Source: Lytechinus pictus (lineage: Eukaryota). From it: DNA of 64,000 nucleotides. The notes below the pieces were generated by a model that worked only from the letters and a program-made list of their open reading frames with translations, was not told where the DNA came from and did not search any database. The stretch covers positions 10,418,001 through 10,482,000 of the forward strand of contig NC_087250.1 of assembly GCF_037042905.1 (NCBI RefSeq), in the 5' to 3' direction. This document shows positions 50,935 through 64,000 of the stretch, in pieces. Made by a program: the position numbers and the translations under genes. The number at the start of each line of letters is the position of its first letter. Positions within the stretch are counted from its first letter, which is position 1.

Positions 50935-52342
50935 AGCCCCCTCACACCTGACCGAATGTGGGCGGACGAAGGGTGACGAATGGGAAAAATGAACAAAATG
51001 CACGCGAATTCAACGAATCCGAATAAAATTTCAGTCAAATCATGCGATCATTAACTCTCTTCAAATCTTATCAACGAACGGTAAGCGAAGAATAAATATG
51101 ACATGCGAAGGATATCGATTTTTCGGTTAACCTCTTTGAGAAAATTGCGGCCGAAGGCCAGCGAAGAGTTGATATAACCCAATAAGACGAACGAACAGTG
51201 AGCAATGGTTTGATATGGCATGCGATTAGAAACGAAGACGAGGGAATAGATCGGGCAATCTTGTTCGTTGTGTCATCGTGTTGCTTCGTTACGGGTTCTT
51301 TCGAGATCGGTCCACTTTGGCAAAAGCGCGATGAGGGACTATGCGCGACAATAAAACACGAACGATAAACTAACGATTACCGCAGACTAAATAAGAGATG
51401 CGAATTCAAACAGATGACCAACGATTTCTCAATTCGTCAGGAAATTTTAAACATGTTCAAAATTTCCGCACGAATTTGAATAATTGCAGCTGTTAGTTCA
51501 GAAGGTGTACGAACCCAAACACGAAGGGTAAATATGATTTACTATCAGTTACCATTGAAAGCGATTTCTTAAAAATGCCTTTCGCCAGCCATCGCAAGGT
51601 ATATTTCAGGCAATTCGGTTAGGTGTGAGGGGGCCTTTAAAGCCCCCTCACACCTGACCGAATGTAGGCGGACGAAGGGTGACGAATAGGAAAATGAACG
51701 AAATGCACGCGAATTCAACGAAATTCAAATAAAATTTTCGTTAGATCATGCGATCAGTAACTATTGTCAAATTTTATCAACGAACGATAAGCGAAGGATA
51801 AATATGACATTCAAAGGATATCGATTTTCGGTTCACCTCTTTGAGAAAATTACTGCCGAAGGCGAGCGAAGGGTTGATATAACCCAATAAGACGAAGGAA
51901 CAGTGACCAATGGATTGATATGGCGTGCGATTAGAAACGAAGACGAGGGAATAGATCGGGCAATCTTGTTCGTTGTGTCATCGTGTCGCTTCGTTACGGG
52001 TTCTTTCGAGATCGGTCCACTTTGGCAAAAGCGCGAAGAGGGACTATGCGCGACAAAAACACACGAACGATAAACGAACGATTACCGCAGACTAAATAAG
52101 AGATGCGAATTCAAACAGATGACCAACGATTTTTCATTTCGTCGGGAAATTTTAAACATGTTCAAAATTTCCGCACGAATTTGAATAATTGCAGCTGTTG
52201 GTTGAGAAGATGTACGAACCCAAACACGAAGGGTAAATATGATTTACCATTAGTTACCATTGAAAACGATTTTGTAAAACATGCCTTTCGCCAGCCATCG
52301 CAAGGCATATTTCAGGCAATTCGGCTAGGTGTGAGGGGGCCT
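50935..52342. mobile_element. Head-to-tail dimer of a ~702-bp TTAA TIR element (50935-51636 and 51641-52342)
   Basis: TIR agccccctcacacct / aggtgtgagggggcct; shared TTAA at 51637-51640; inverted partial copy from 47889. Confidence 0.85.
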
Positions 52343-52777
52343 TTATATCGATTGGCAATGGTTCGAACTTCCTAATGTGGTTAATACGCGATAATTTATA
52401 GAACAAAGTTTAGTTACAATAAATCAGGGTTGCTTGAAATTGATCATTTCATTATACCTTGTGCTTTTCGTGTAGAGAAGGTACCATTTTGATTGATCAC
52501 TAAACAGTTGTGTTACGGAGCTCTGATGCACTATTACAACCCCACACAGTTAAAACACTGTTTGAAATTGTATACACCGTTGTTTACTAATTATAAAACT
52601 TAAAGTTGTTTAACAATTTAAACACCATGCTTGATTTATTGATAATTAATTATTTAAAAATTAAACGTTGTGGTTTTAGACTTTAAACACTTAATCAAAC
52701 TGTTTAAACAACGACTGTAAGTTTCATATAGTAAACAGCGTTGTGCAGTTTGTACAGGATATGACGTAGAGGCTTAC

Positions 52778-52894
52778 TTCCGGTTTCGCAATATAATTCG
52801 TCTTCGCCCGCTAGACAATCGTCGATGTTATCACACAGCTTGGTTATTGGCAAGCACTTACGGTTCCAACAAGCGAATTCATCGTATCGACATA
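52778..52894 (-). CDS. LDLa exon of a convergent minus-strand gene (CRYDEFACWNRKCLPITKLCDNIDDCLAGEDELYCETG)
   Basis: ttattgcag acceptor, A|gtaagc donor; 117 nt, phase 1-1; not in the ORF track. Confidence 0.88.
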
Positions 52895-53450
52895 CTGCAA
52901 TAAAAATGAAAAGAAAAGTGTTTTTAAACCCCGGGGAGTAGTAAAATAAATAGATAAATAGATATTACGTTCTACAACCAGAAAAACAAAGAAGAAAACA
53001 AAAGTTTGAGAACAATTATGTATAAATATTCAAATCAACTCTTTAACTCTGAACTCTTTTGTTTTCGCTCTTCTTCCGCCTTATCTCGTCTTCTGTCCGA
53101 TCCCATTTTTCTTTTGTTTCTACTTTAAAAAATCTTAGAGGGGGCAGTCACCCCCAACGTCCTCAGGGACCTGGGAAAGATTTTTTTCAGTGGGGATGCT
53201 GAAATCTCTACTCAAAGGGGGGGGGGAGAACACATCCAGGTTTATATATTATTCAATTTTCATGTACATGATGTATATGCCTATATACAGAATTTGGTAT
53301 TTATATATATATATTGTGATGATTTTCACTAAATCTAATGCAATTTGTAATGATGAGTAATTTTTATATAATTACTTTGATGAAACTGGATATAATGCTT
53401 ATGACCTGAACTCAGAAAGAGATCCTTCAAGACAGAGCTTTGGAAATATA

Positions 53451-55039
53451 CACAACAAAAAAAGTAAGTCCCCCTTAAACAAACATCCATAATTTCCGAA
53501 CCACTGGGAGTTTTTAATATATTTTTACATGAGCGTGTAGGGAATTTTATAAGCTACCCTCTTCTGTTACGGGCGTATTTTACGTCATGCTTCAGTGAGC
53601 ACCGGCAGAATGCAAAATTGTCACTTTTTAAAAATCACAAGCAAAATATCATGACTTTGATTCCAGTTTATTGGAACGAATTCCACATTCTCATCATGAA
53701 AAATAGTCAGAAGGCTTGTAAAAGGTACTTTCTAAATAACGATACAACTTTTTTTTGCTAAATTTTACGGTTGAATAAATACAGTCAAAATTCGTTGGAA
53801 TTTTTACACATTTCTATCGATGGAAATGATCGAATATGATGACAATTATTTTTGGGAAGAGTATCTTCAACAATATTCATCATTTCACGGCTAAATGAAA
53901 ATTTAACGAAAACAAAAAATACGATTTTCAATTATCATTGGCAAGTAATGTTTCAAGTTGGTAACTGAAATTGTCTTTTTTCAACCTTTTATGTTATGTT
54001 CATGACCAATTAACATGCTTCAAAGATTCAAAGGCAGTTAATTAAACATTCACGCTTGAATGAACATGTGGAATGTAATTAGCTCTTTTTGACGTTATTG
54101 GAAAAAAATGTCATTGCTAACTATGGATATCTGTCACAAACCTTCTTGCATAGTTAATTTAATTGAATTTTATCAAAATCCCGATATCTAATGCTTCAGT
54201 GAGCACACAATATTCGAGAATAATGCAAATGAGAAGAAAGTTCAAGGCATTGACCCCACTCTGTGCCGTATCGAATGGTTATTTGAGTGTGCGGGCCCTT
54301 TGGATAGTATCACTCGGAAGCCATGTGCGAAGTTTCATGAGAAAACTATTGGCAGAAGTAACAAAAATCGACTATGAAACAAACCCTTATTTCACTTTTG
54401 TTGAAATTCTGACTTCCTCTCTCATAGACATTGTGTACACTATGAGTTCATATGTTTAGGAATAAGTAACCCCTTATTCCATGTGGTGGAACTTTTTTTC
54501 AAAGCTGTCTTTAGCAGTATCATTTGGCTAATTTTCCTAATAATTTCTCAGTATCAGTTGAATTTATAGACAAATCAGTGGTGGATCCAGAATTTGAAAG
54601 TGGGGAGGGTGCCGAGAAATTAGGGGGAGGGGAGCCACTAACATTTTCCAATTTTAACATGTTTTAACAGGTTACAGAGGATACTACCATAAACCCTCTA
54701 TGAGATGATACGTCACAAATAAAATGTGCTCACTCAAGCATGAACATACATTTTTCAAAATTTTGTGTGGAGTGGCTCAATGATAGATAGTAAAACAAAA
54801 AACAATCCTTGCCCAACTTTGTATTTACACAATCTGAAAAACGACTCTTGTGACTTTCAAAATGGTCATTTTTAATTCAATCTTTGATTACTCATGCATG
54901 ACCCAACCGATCAATCTCATTTCCCCCCAGGAGTTGTTTAGTGAGTGTAAAAAACCACCTACGAAATATTATATCTCAAAATTATTCCGTTCGAAAGTTA
55001 CAGCATTTTGATTTAGGGGGGACTTACTTTTTTGTTGTG
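53451..55039. mobile_element. 1.6-kb non-autonomous TIR element with TA flanks
   Basis: ta|cacaacaaaaaaagtaagtccccc ... gggggacttactttttttgttgtg|ta. Confidence 0.8.
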
Positions 55040-55596
55040 TATAGTTCTCCAGATTTACAGGTATCGTTATCTTTGTTTTTAACTTCTTCCTGAGTGATCA
55101 GATGAATAATATTTAACTTAATGGAAGATGAAAATAAATAAGATTTTGTGGCGTAAACATTTAAACGTTGAAACAAAGGTATTGACAAACTGTATTTATA
55201 CATTGAAAATGATATTTAGTGGTTTAAGGTCTAACGAATGTACGTCTAGTTGCGTAATTATACACTCCCGGTATTAGCAATGGGTTTTTAGCAAAGTTTT
55301 GGACTAAAATATCGAATCATCTTCATAATCTTAGCATTCCTTTTCTGCGATGTAATTTGATACTCATCAACTGAGATTAATATTTCAGAATTACTTGTGA
55401 TATGCAAATTAAAGCATTGGAAAATAAGATCAAAATTAAAGGATTTGCTCTACACCTATATGATTCTGGGATTTTTTATATAACAAATTAAAGATTTCAT
55501 GGCATCTGTGGGCAACTGCCCCGCCCCAGTCCACTCTGTAAGGGCATGCGATAAGCTTTGTTATTCGTTATGACCAATCAACAATATAATGTATAA

Positions 55597-56262
55597 CCGG
55601 CCAGGTGCCGCTGATCATTCTTGACCGGCGCCGACCTAGATTTGGTTGGCAATAGGCCCTTCTTCATTATTCTACCGGCGCCTATTTATTGGAACCAGGG
55701 GAAGCTGATTATTCTTGACCGGCGCCGATTTAAATTTAGGTGGCGCTGGTTATTCTTGATCGGCGCCGGTTAAGAAAAAGGCAGCGCCGATTTGTCTTGA
55801 CCGACGCCGATTTAGAACAAGTAGTGCTGATTATTTTTACCGACGTCACGTAAGATTCAGGCAGCGGCAATTCATAATCGACTGGTGCCGATTTAGAACC
55901 AGGAGGCGCAGATTTTTAATCAGGTGGCGCTGAATATTCTTGACCGGCCCCGATTTAGATATAGGTGGCGCTGATTATCCTTGATCGGCGCCGGTTAAGA
56001 ACTCAGGCAGCGCCGATTTATCTTTACTGGCGCCGATTATTCTTGTCCGGTGCCGATTTAGATTTAGGGGGCGCTGATTATCCTTGATCAGCGCCGGTTA
56101 AGACTCTGGCAGTGCCGATTTTTCTTGACTGGCGCCGATTTATAACCAAATGGCGCTGATTATTCTTGTCCGGCGCCGATTTAGATTAAGGTGGCGCTGA
56201 TTATTCTTGATTGGCGCCAGTTATATGCAGGCAGCGCACTGCTGAATATTTTTAACCGGCGA
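55597..56262. repeat. Minisatellite of alternating ~21-bp GGCGCC/GGCGCT subunits
   Basis: ggcgccgatttaga / ggcgctgattattcttgacc motifs recur. Confidence 0.85.
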
Positions 56263-57349
56263 AGTTGTTGGGAAAAGGGTAGTTAAAAGAAAAGATAAGG
56301 AAGATGATATGATTGTGCTTTGCTGGGGGAAAGTCTTTCCTTTACTGTTGCTAATATTATATCAGTGTATAATTTTTTTAAGCGGCGCCTTTTCTTTTCT
56401 TTCCTTTATTTTTTTAAGCGACGCCTTTTCTTTATTTTACTTCACTTTTTTTTTTGAGCGGCGCCGAAGGCGCAGCTCAAATATTAGGGGGGGGCGTGCG
56501 CCCCCTGTGCCCCCCTCGAACCGCCACTGTACAAAACGTCGTTCATTTTCATTACATTTCTGTCATTTATCATACCTACCAGATTTCCAGGAGGTGCTGC
56601 CTATGGAAAACAACATACGCAGTACCCCCAAATTTTGGGGGTGCTTCACCCCTAGCACCCCCGCTTCCCAGGGCCATGGGGCAGGGCGAAAAAGACAATG
56701 AAATTCGATTTCTATTGTTTGACTTGTAATTATTGTTTATACCAAAGGTTTATACACAACACGGGCGGTCGGGCGCGCGCACTCTTGATTCGACAACCAC
56801 ACCCATGTCCCTCCCTGCTATCAAGTAGTGTGTAAACTATGGTTATCACGTATCGCGTGCGACCACGTCTGTATCGGAGTCGAGTGCCGGAGCTTGATTG
56901 AGTCGCGTTATAGGAGGGATGTTATTGAAATATGTGAAAGACTATGTAAATGATTTGCGATTGTCGGATGTGATAATTATGTACATTATAACATATTTGA
57001 ACAAATACAGGGGGCTGATTTCGTGGGGGTGCTGCCTATGGAAAAAATACACGCAGCACCCCCAGGAAAAATTCTGAAGCACCCCCATCACCCCGGCTTC
57101 CCAGGTCCATGAACGTCCTGTAGCGCTGCCCCGAACAAGTGGCTCTGGGTGGCGTTTCATGAAGAATTATTATAATAATAAACATGATAATGCATGATTT
57201 CTACTTTTAGCCAATCAGATTAACGATTTCAGTAGCTTTTAACTGTTATGGTAAATTCATTATTAAAACAAGTTTTATAAAACAGGCCCTGGAAGATATT
57301 TTGCTTAGTGTTACAGCGATTTTCTAATGGTGGATTATTAAACGAAAAT

Positions 57350-57850
57350 AACAATAATAATCCGCTTTATTTAGCGCTTAATACATCGGAACGACGTTTT
57401 TAAGGACTTTACAGATCGTTACCCCGGTCATTGGATTCAATCAGTCATTCCCACACATAATTAATTCATGCTAATCCTCCACTCCCTGGGGAGTATTCCA
57501 GTCAGTCGCCGTTGGGGCGCACACAGTACTGGACAAGCTATGACTTTAACATTTTACCGCGGGTACCCATTTAGCACCTGGGAGCTGTTTCATAAAGCTG
57601 TTCTTAAATTAGGAGCGACTTTAAGAACGACTGGCGAACCTTTCTTATGCGCTTAACCATCGCCAATGAATATACCATTTACCACAATAAAGGATCACCA
57701 GTCGTTCTTTAAGTTGCTCTTAACTTACGATCAGCTTTATGAAACACCCACCTGGGTCGAGAGTGGCAAAGTGTGGATTAACGCCTTGCTAAAGGACGCT
57801 AGACATACCGCGGTGGGATTCGAACGCATGACCCACTACACATCGGCTCT
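57350..57850 (-). mobile_element. Degenerate tRNA-derived SINE split by a MITE (about 57579-57750)
   Basis: B box at about 57815-57825; the SINE core gggtacccatttagcacctgg|gtcgagagtg is interrupted by a hairpin element. Confidence 0.65.
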
Positions 57851-58277
57851 TCAACGAGGTTTAGGGGGCATCCTATGTGGCTGCGATTAGACAACGATCT
57901 TTGACATCGTACAGGGTCGAGACCGTAAAATATCGTACAATGCATGCGTGCATCTGGACTGGTCGTATGATGATGAGTCTTGCGCTGATTGAGGGCTACT
58001 TACGATCTCACCAGTTTGGCGCATTAATTAATAAATCGTATACCCCTATACCCTACAAAAATCATTAATCCCCGCGAACTATTACGATCGTCGAATGATA
58101 TCCTAAGAAGATCGTATCATGATTATGCGGTCGATCAAACGGGCACCGTATGAGGCATGACGAGGATCATAGACCCAAATACAATTACGCCCTTAACAAT
58201 TATGTTCGCACACTGCAAAAACTCCGGTGTTGATTTAACACCAGCCAAGAATCTATATATGTCCACACCAGAGAAGT

Positions 58278-61200
58278 TTGCTTGTTTGTTTGTATTTATT
58301 TCCATATAAAACAAAATTATATACATAATCAAATTACAAGAAGAAAAAGAAAAATCGTCAAATGAAATATGGAGGATTGCCCATTTCAGCGGCATTAATA
58401 TAATGCCGCTGTTCTTCCATGTGGTCCTTTGCAACGTAAACATGGTAAATACGTATTATAAAAAAAACCACAATACTTAATCAGATACATTACAAGAAAA
58501 AAAATGCAAACACTAAAACTAACTTACGGTTAAAAAATATCCCATTGTGAAAATGCCCCCCTCCCCTTTAACCCACCCTACTATTGATTACCTAAAAGCC
58601 CAATTTAGTCTGTTATTACACCGGTTACTATCGTATGGCAGTGAATAAGGGATTGCGGATTTCAAATATCAAAATAGACAAAAAAATTATGAACGTGTTT
58701 ATTAAATATATTAAGTGTGTCCAGCTGGCGTAGCTTGAGTGGTAGTTTATTGTACAAGACAGATCCACGATATAAGAATGTAAGTTTACATTGATTTGTT
58801 CTTGGTTTAGGAAGCGTTAGGTTTGAATTTGATCTTAGTCCATAGTGCTTTTCGTTAAAAACAAATTTATCAGTCATATAATCGGGCGTTAACTTATGGA
58901 ATGTTTTAAATAATAATGCGTACATGTGTCTCCTACGACGAGACTTTAGAGTTTCCCACTTCAACATATGGTGAATGTGATGAACTGATTTATGTTCATA
59001 GGGGTTGACTCGAAGAATAATTCTTCCCGCTCTATTCTGGAGCTTCTGGATTTGATGAAGATAATTTGTATTGGTTCTTTGCCAAACAGTGTCCGCATAA
59101 TCGAAATGGGGTAAAATCACAGAAGAATAAATCAATTTGAGATTTGACTCGTTAATAAAATATCTCATTCTCCTTAGAAAACCAATAATTTTCCCAATCT
59201 TTTTGTTCAGTTGCTCTATATGAATATTCCATTTAAGTTCAGGGTCCAAATTTAATCCAAGATATTTGAAATTCGTCACTTGATTTAGTCTAGCTGAGTT
59301 TAACTTGATATTGAGAGTATGACGTTTAGAAAACATACTCTTTGTTCCAATTAACATACACACTGTTTTACTAGAGTTTATCATGAGTCTATTTATATTC
59401 ATCCAAGACTGGAGGTTACCTAACTCTTCATTTAATACAGATTGAATGTCATCAACATCATTATGGGAATAATACAGAACCGTATCATCGGCATAGAAAT
59501 GCAACTTACACTTTGTAAAGAACAATGGTAAATCGTTAATGAAAATCAAGAACAACAGCGGGCCTATTATTGACCCCTGAGGCACTCCATAATCAATTGA
59601 AGTTACAATACGCCTATTTATGAGATAGTCCTGGAACCATTTCAATGTTGTTCCATGAATGCCAATATGAGAGAGTTTTTTTAATAAGGACATGGTGGTC
59701 GACAGTATCAAATGCCTTATGTAAATCTACAAAGACACATCCAGTATATTTCCCTCGATCCAGCACTTTAAGCCACTCATCAGTCACCTTGATTAGAGCA
59801 GTAGTTGTGGAGTGCTTCGCCCTGAAGCCCGATTGTTCGTTTACTAGTAAATCATTGTCATTCAAGTAACGGAGTAATTGTTTTTGAACAACCTTCTATA
59901 AAAGTTTCGAGACACAACAATAATGATATGGGCCTGTAATTATCCGGTTCACATTTATCGCCTTTCTTGTGCAGTGGTATAATTTTGGCAATTTTCCATT
60001 GGGAGGGAACAATACCATCTCATATTGATTTATTAATTAGATATGCAATTATTTGATAAATTTCAGTTGCACAAGTTTTTAATACATAAGAACTGATTCC
60101 ATCCAGCCCGACTGATTTCTTATTCTTAAGACTGTATATTTCTTTCAATACGACCGTTTCGGAAACTGTCGATAGTTTAAAATTGATTTCAAAACGACTA
60201 GGCAATAGGTTTCCCATACCATTATTTGCAACATTACACATTTGTGAGATATTAGCATCATTACCTGCATGTTAAACATTGGCAACACTGGCAAAATGAC
60301 TATTAAAATGATTTGCAGTTTCAAAAGTATCATGAGTCAAACTCGAAATAGATGACAGGGAAGTTTTGTTGGGTAGGAGAGATTTAAGAGTTGGCCAAGT
60401 TTGGTTTCTGTCTTTAGTTTCAGTCAGCTTATCGCAAAAATATTTTCTTTTAAGTTTTCTGTTTTCATATGTAACTTTATTTTTCAACTGTTTATAGTTT
60501 TTCCAATATAGATCACTGTTATTAATCTTTGCCTTTTGTTTCATTTTATCTCGTTTCTTCATCAATTCAAAAATATGTTCGTTCAACCAAGGGGAGTGTT
60601 TTTTTCTCACTCGCTTAGTTTTGATTGGCATGTATTTATTAACTACATCCAACAGAATTTCCTGCCATCTATCGACAGCGTCATCCACACTGTCCATTTC
60701 TTTTACAATAGACCAGTCAATGTCCTCGATTTCAGCTTTAAAAGCATTTAAATCTATACCTTTTGACTTACGAAATGTGACGAACTTAGACTTAGAGGCG
60801 TTATCATTTGATTGATGAGCATTCAAAATTAAGAAACTCATGGAGTGGTCACTAAGACCGTTATGAATTACACCATAAGAATGTACATTTTCTCGACAGT
60901 TCGTTATAATATGATCAACAAGTGTTGAAGAATCTTTGCATATTCTTGTGTATTCGGAAGTATTTATTTGTTTCAGACCATAAACAGCATTTAGTTGGTT
61001 GTATCGTTTACATCCACTTGTCGGTGGTTGTTTTAAGATATCAAAATTAATATCTCCCATAAGAACGATAGGTGTATTAAATCCATCAAGAAATGTTAAC
61101 ATAGTTTCATAGTAATCAAGCGTATCACATGTGGAGCTAGGAGGGCGATACCATGTGGCAAATATGAACGGTTTATCTCTTTTTAAATCAATTTGTAGTG

Positions 61201-62064
61201 ACAAAGTTTCTATCTTATATGGGGAAGCAGGCTTCAATTGATGAAAAATTAAACTATTGTGAACATAGATAGCTACCCCGCCACCTTTTCTGTCACGATC
61301 ATTTCGAACAATAGAATATTGAGGTATATAGATCTCTGCATCATTGATACTATCGTCTAATCTTGTTTCATTCAGAGCTAATAAATGAATATCATTACTG
61401 CACAAAATTGATTTTATTTCGTCAAAATGTTTGAAAAGACTGACGACGTTCAGATGTAGGCATTTTATTCCACTCTTAGAAAGCTGGTCGTATTTCAGCC
61501 CCAAATTATGGACAATATTCCCATCTAATTCTTTATTTGGATTATAAGATACACTTGTAGAAATTTTACTTTCACCATAAAACGGTAAATGTTTCATTGC
61601 ACACTGTGGACATTCCCAATTCAAGAACATTTCTGTGTTATCATCGTATAATTTAACTGGCACCAGAGCACATGATACGTGAATCAAATTTTTACATTGC
61701 GTACATAAAAGGCCCCTTTCATTTGATTTTACAGACTTCCTACATAATCCGCATGGATATTTCCTTACCATTAAAACAATTCTTATCAAATTTAGCTTAA
61801 AAGAAGTGGAGTTCCCAAGATAAATAAATTAGCAAAAACTACGTAAACAGGTTAGATATACAATTTACAAATGTCGAAAATTGACAGTCAATAGAAAAAA
61901 AAATGTTAAAATTAAAAAAAAAGCAATGGGTTTGTTTTCGTTAGAATGATACACCACATACGATGCCATCACAATTCACAAATCATAAATTCATCAACGG
62001 AAAAGATGTTTCTCACACCTTTTTAAAATCCTCGACGGACTTGATCAATTTCTTACTGGTTTCC
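58278..62064 (-). mobile_element. Near full-length CR1/L2-group LINE: PHD finger + APE endonuclease + reverse transcriptase, frameshifted
   Basis: C4HC3 PHD; HLNVVSL/NETRLD/GDIN/SDH endonuclease motifs; QSGFR, DLHKAFDTV, GVPQGS and YADD RT motifs; (CAAA)n-like tail. Confidence 0.92.
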
Positions 62065-62289
62065 AAGTATTGAAACAACACCAGTTTGGAATCAAACCGA
62101 TGCTGTTTTGATACTAATTGGTGTTGTATAAACACCTATCTGGTGTTAGACCAAAACGAAGCTGGTGTTGTTTAACACTTCTCTGGTGTGGACATATATA
62201 GATTCCGGGCTGGTGTTAAATCAACACCGGAGTTTTTGCAGTGTACGCATTACCCCCTCGCTTTCCAGGGCATTAAACATACATCCTAT

Positions 62290-64000
62290 TTATATCAGTA
62301 ACTAAGGATCTAGAACCTCTTGACAAGAACAGATTGCCTGCATACTTGCCTTCAAATTCAAAATGCCCAGGAGTTCAACAATATGAAGTATACAATGCCC
62401 TTCGAAAGATAAAGAGCAATAAAGCAGGTTTGAAGGAAGACCTTCCACCTCGCATTTTACGTGAATTTGCTTATGAATTTAGTAAACCTGTAACAAATAT
62501 CTTAAATGCATCTTTTAATTTAGGTATTGTACCATGGCAGTGGAAAAAAAAAGTCAAATTGTTCCTCTCCCAAAGTCACAACCCCCTACTATTACTCAAC
62601 TACGCCCAATTGCTCTAACAAGCCGTCTCTCTAAAATAGCAGAATCCTTTATTGTTAAATGGCTTTTGGAAGATGTTTCTCAATGTATTGATTTAAACCA
62701 ATGTGGCAACATTCCTGGATTATCAACATCGCATTATCTCATCAAATTATTACACCGTATTTTAGAAAATTGTGAGAAACCCAAATCTATATCAACTATT
62801 ATTTGTACTGATTTTTCCAAAGCGTTTGACAAGTTGGACCATAATATTTTGGTTAGAAAATTAATTGATTTTAGAGTTAGACCGTTTATTATTGATTGGA
62901 TCATTAGTTTTTTAGAACAAAGATCTCAGTGCGTAAAATATCAGAATAACTTTTCAGAATATGTAACCACCCACGCCGGAGTGCCCCAAGGCACAAAATT
63001 AGGACCCATTTTATTTTTGATTATGTTTAATGATGCTTGTCAAGAACAATTGTTGCCTTATTTCAAATACGTTGATGATCTCACGTTACTTGAGAACAGA
63101 AACTTACAAAAACTATCAATTTTCCAAAATGTATTAGATGATTTATTAGAATGGACAGACAGTAATCATATGACACTAAATCCTAGTAAGTGTATGGCAA
63201 TGAACATAACATTTATGAAAAATGCACCCTTATGTGAGTCTTTGCATATCGGCTAATCAGAACTGCCTTGTGTTGATACCTTAAAGATTTTAGGAGTTTA
63301 TATCCAACATAATTTAAAATGGGACTTCCATATAAATGAAATGTTAAAAAGTGCAATAAAAAGCTCTATATGTTTAGATTAGTGAAAAAATATAAATTAC
63401 CAATTTCTGACTTAATACAAATATATATCGGATACATCCGCCCTGTTTTAGAATATTGTGTGCCTGTGTTTATTAATCGAAGTTTAACTTTAGATCATGT
63501 ACAGAAACTAGAAAGAATCCAGAAAAGAGTTTGTAAAATTATCTTAGGCAAAAGTTATTCAACTTATGAAGATGCTTTAAAACGATGCAAACTGGTTACA
63601 CTAAAAGATAGACGTGAGCAATTATTATGCTCTGATTTTGCAGTATCTGTAAGCAAAAATCCACATTGTAAAAACTGGTTACCGGAAAGGAACGTTGTTG
63701 GCATGACTTTACGCAATAAACAAAAGTATATGCAATACAAATGCAGGACCTCCCGTTTTAAACATAGTGCAATACCGTATTTTATTGATCTTCTTAATAA
63801 CTCGTAAAGTGTATATTTTCATTGTAATTTCAATGTATACTGGGATTTTTTTAATGTACCATTAGTTTTATCGTCATTACATAATTGTTTTATGCTACAT
63901 GTGCAATTGTTATACCTTTGTAAATACATACATTTCAGCGTTTTAGCTGCAGTATGTGTATGACTGTTTTTACTGGAAATAAATAAACCATGAAATGAAT
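62290..64000 (+). mobile_element. 5'-truncated non-LTR retrotransposon (RT with YVDD), disrupted
   Basis: LRPIALT, DFSKAFD, GVPQGTKLGP and YVDD motifs; frameshift and stop; AATAAA plus short tail at the window end. Confidence 0.9.

Noticed and set aside
55597..56262. Regularly spaced GGCGCC repeats as a CRISPR or coding repeat
   Set aside because: The intervening sequences are themselves repeated and there is no sustained ORF; this is a minisatellite.

Overview
Eukaryotic, AT-rich, repeat-dense animal DNA, probably sea urchin/echinoderm (inferred from gene content and repeat types). Reading splice signals by eye gives three intron-containing genes that the ORF track mostly misses. (1) On the minus strand (about 8925 to beyond the left edge) is the 5' part of an FSIP2-like gene, with 4 coding exons. 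(2) On the plus strand is a complete 17-exon gene (ATG 14907, stop 44719, 2871 nt, 956 aa) for a secreted mosaic protein: signal peptide, SRCR, SRCR, (DYSSY)x24, SRCR, (DYSSY)x20, five LDLa modules with Pro/Trp/Thr micro-exon linkers, (YYDSWS) repeats plus a 10-Cys somatomedin-B-like domain, then a furin-type site and an Arg-rich tail. It has no transmembrane segment, and the first 15 introns are all phase 1. (3) Two LDLa exons of a convergent minus-strand gene lie at 50.7-52.9 kb. The rest is microsatellites, MITEs/non-autonomous DNA transposons (TTAA, TA, CWG and 8-9 bp target duplications), a Helentron-like element, tRNA-derived SINEs, a near full-length PHD-APE-RT LINE inserted into a MITE, and a 5'-truncated LINE. 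Gene models are unverified by transcript data. The most interesting candidate is the Tyr/Ser/Asp-repeat SRCR-LDLa-SMB protein with a cleavable cationic tail, which may be a cross-linkable or self-assembling extracellular matrix or defence protein.
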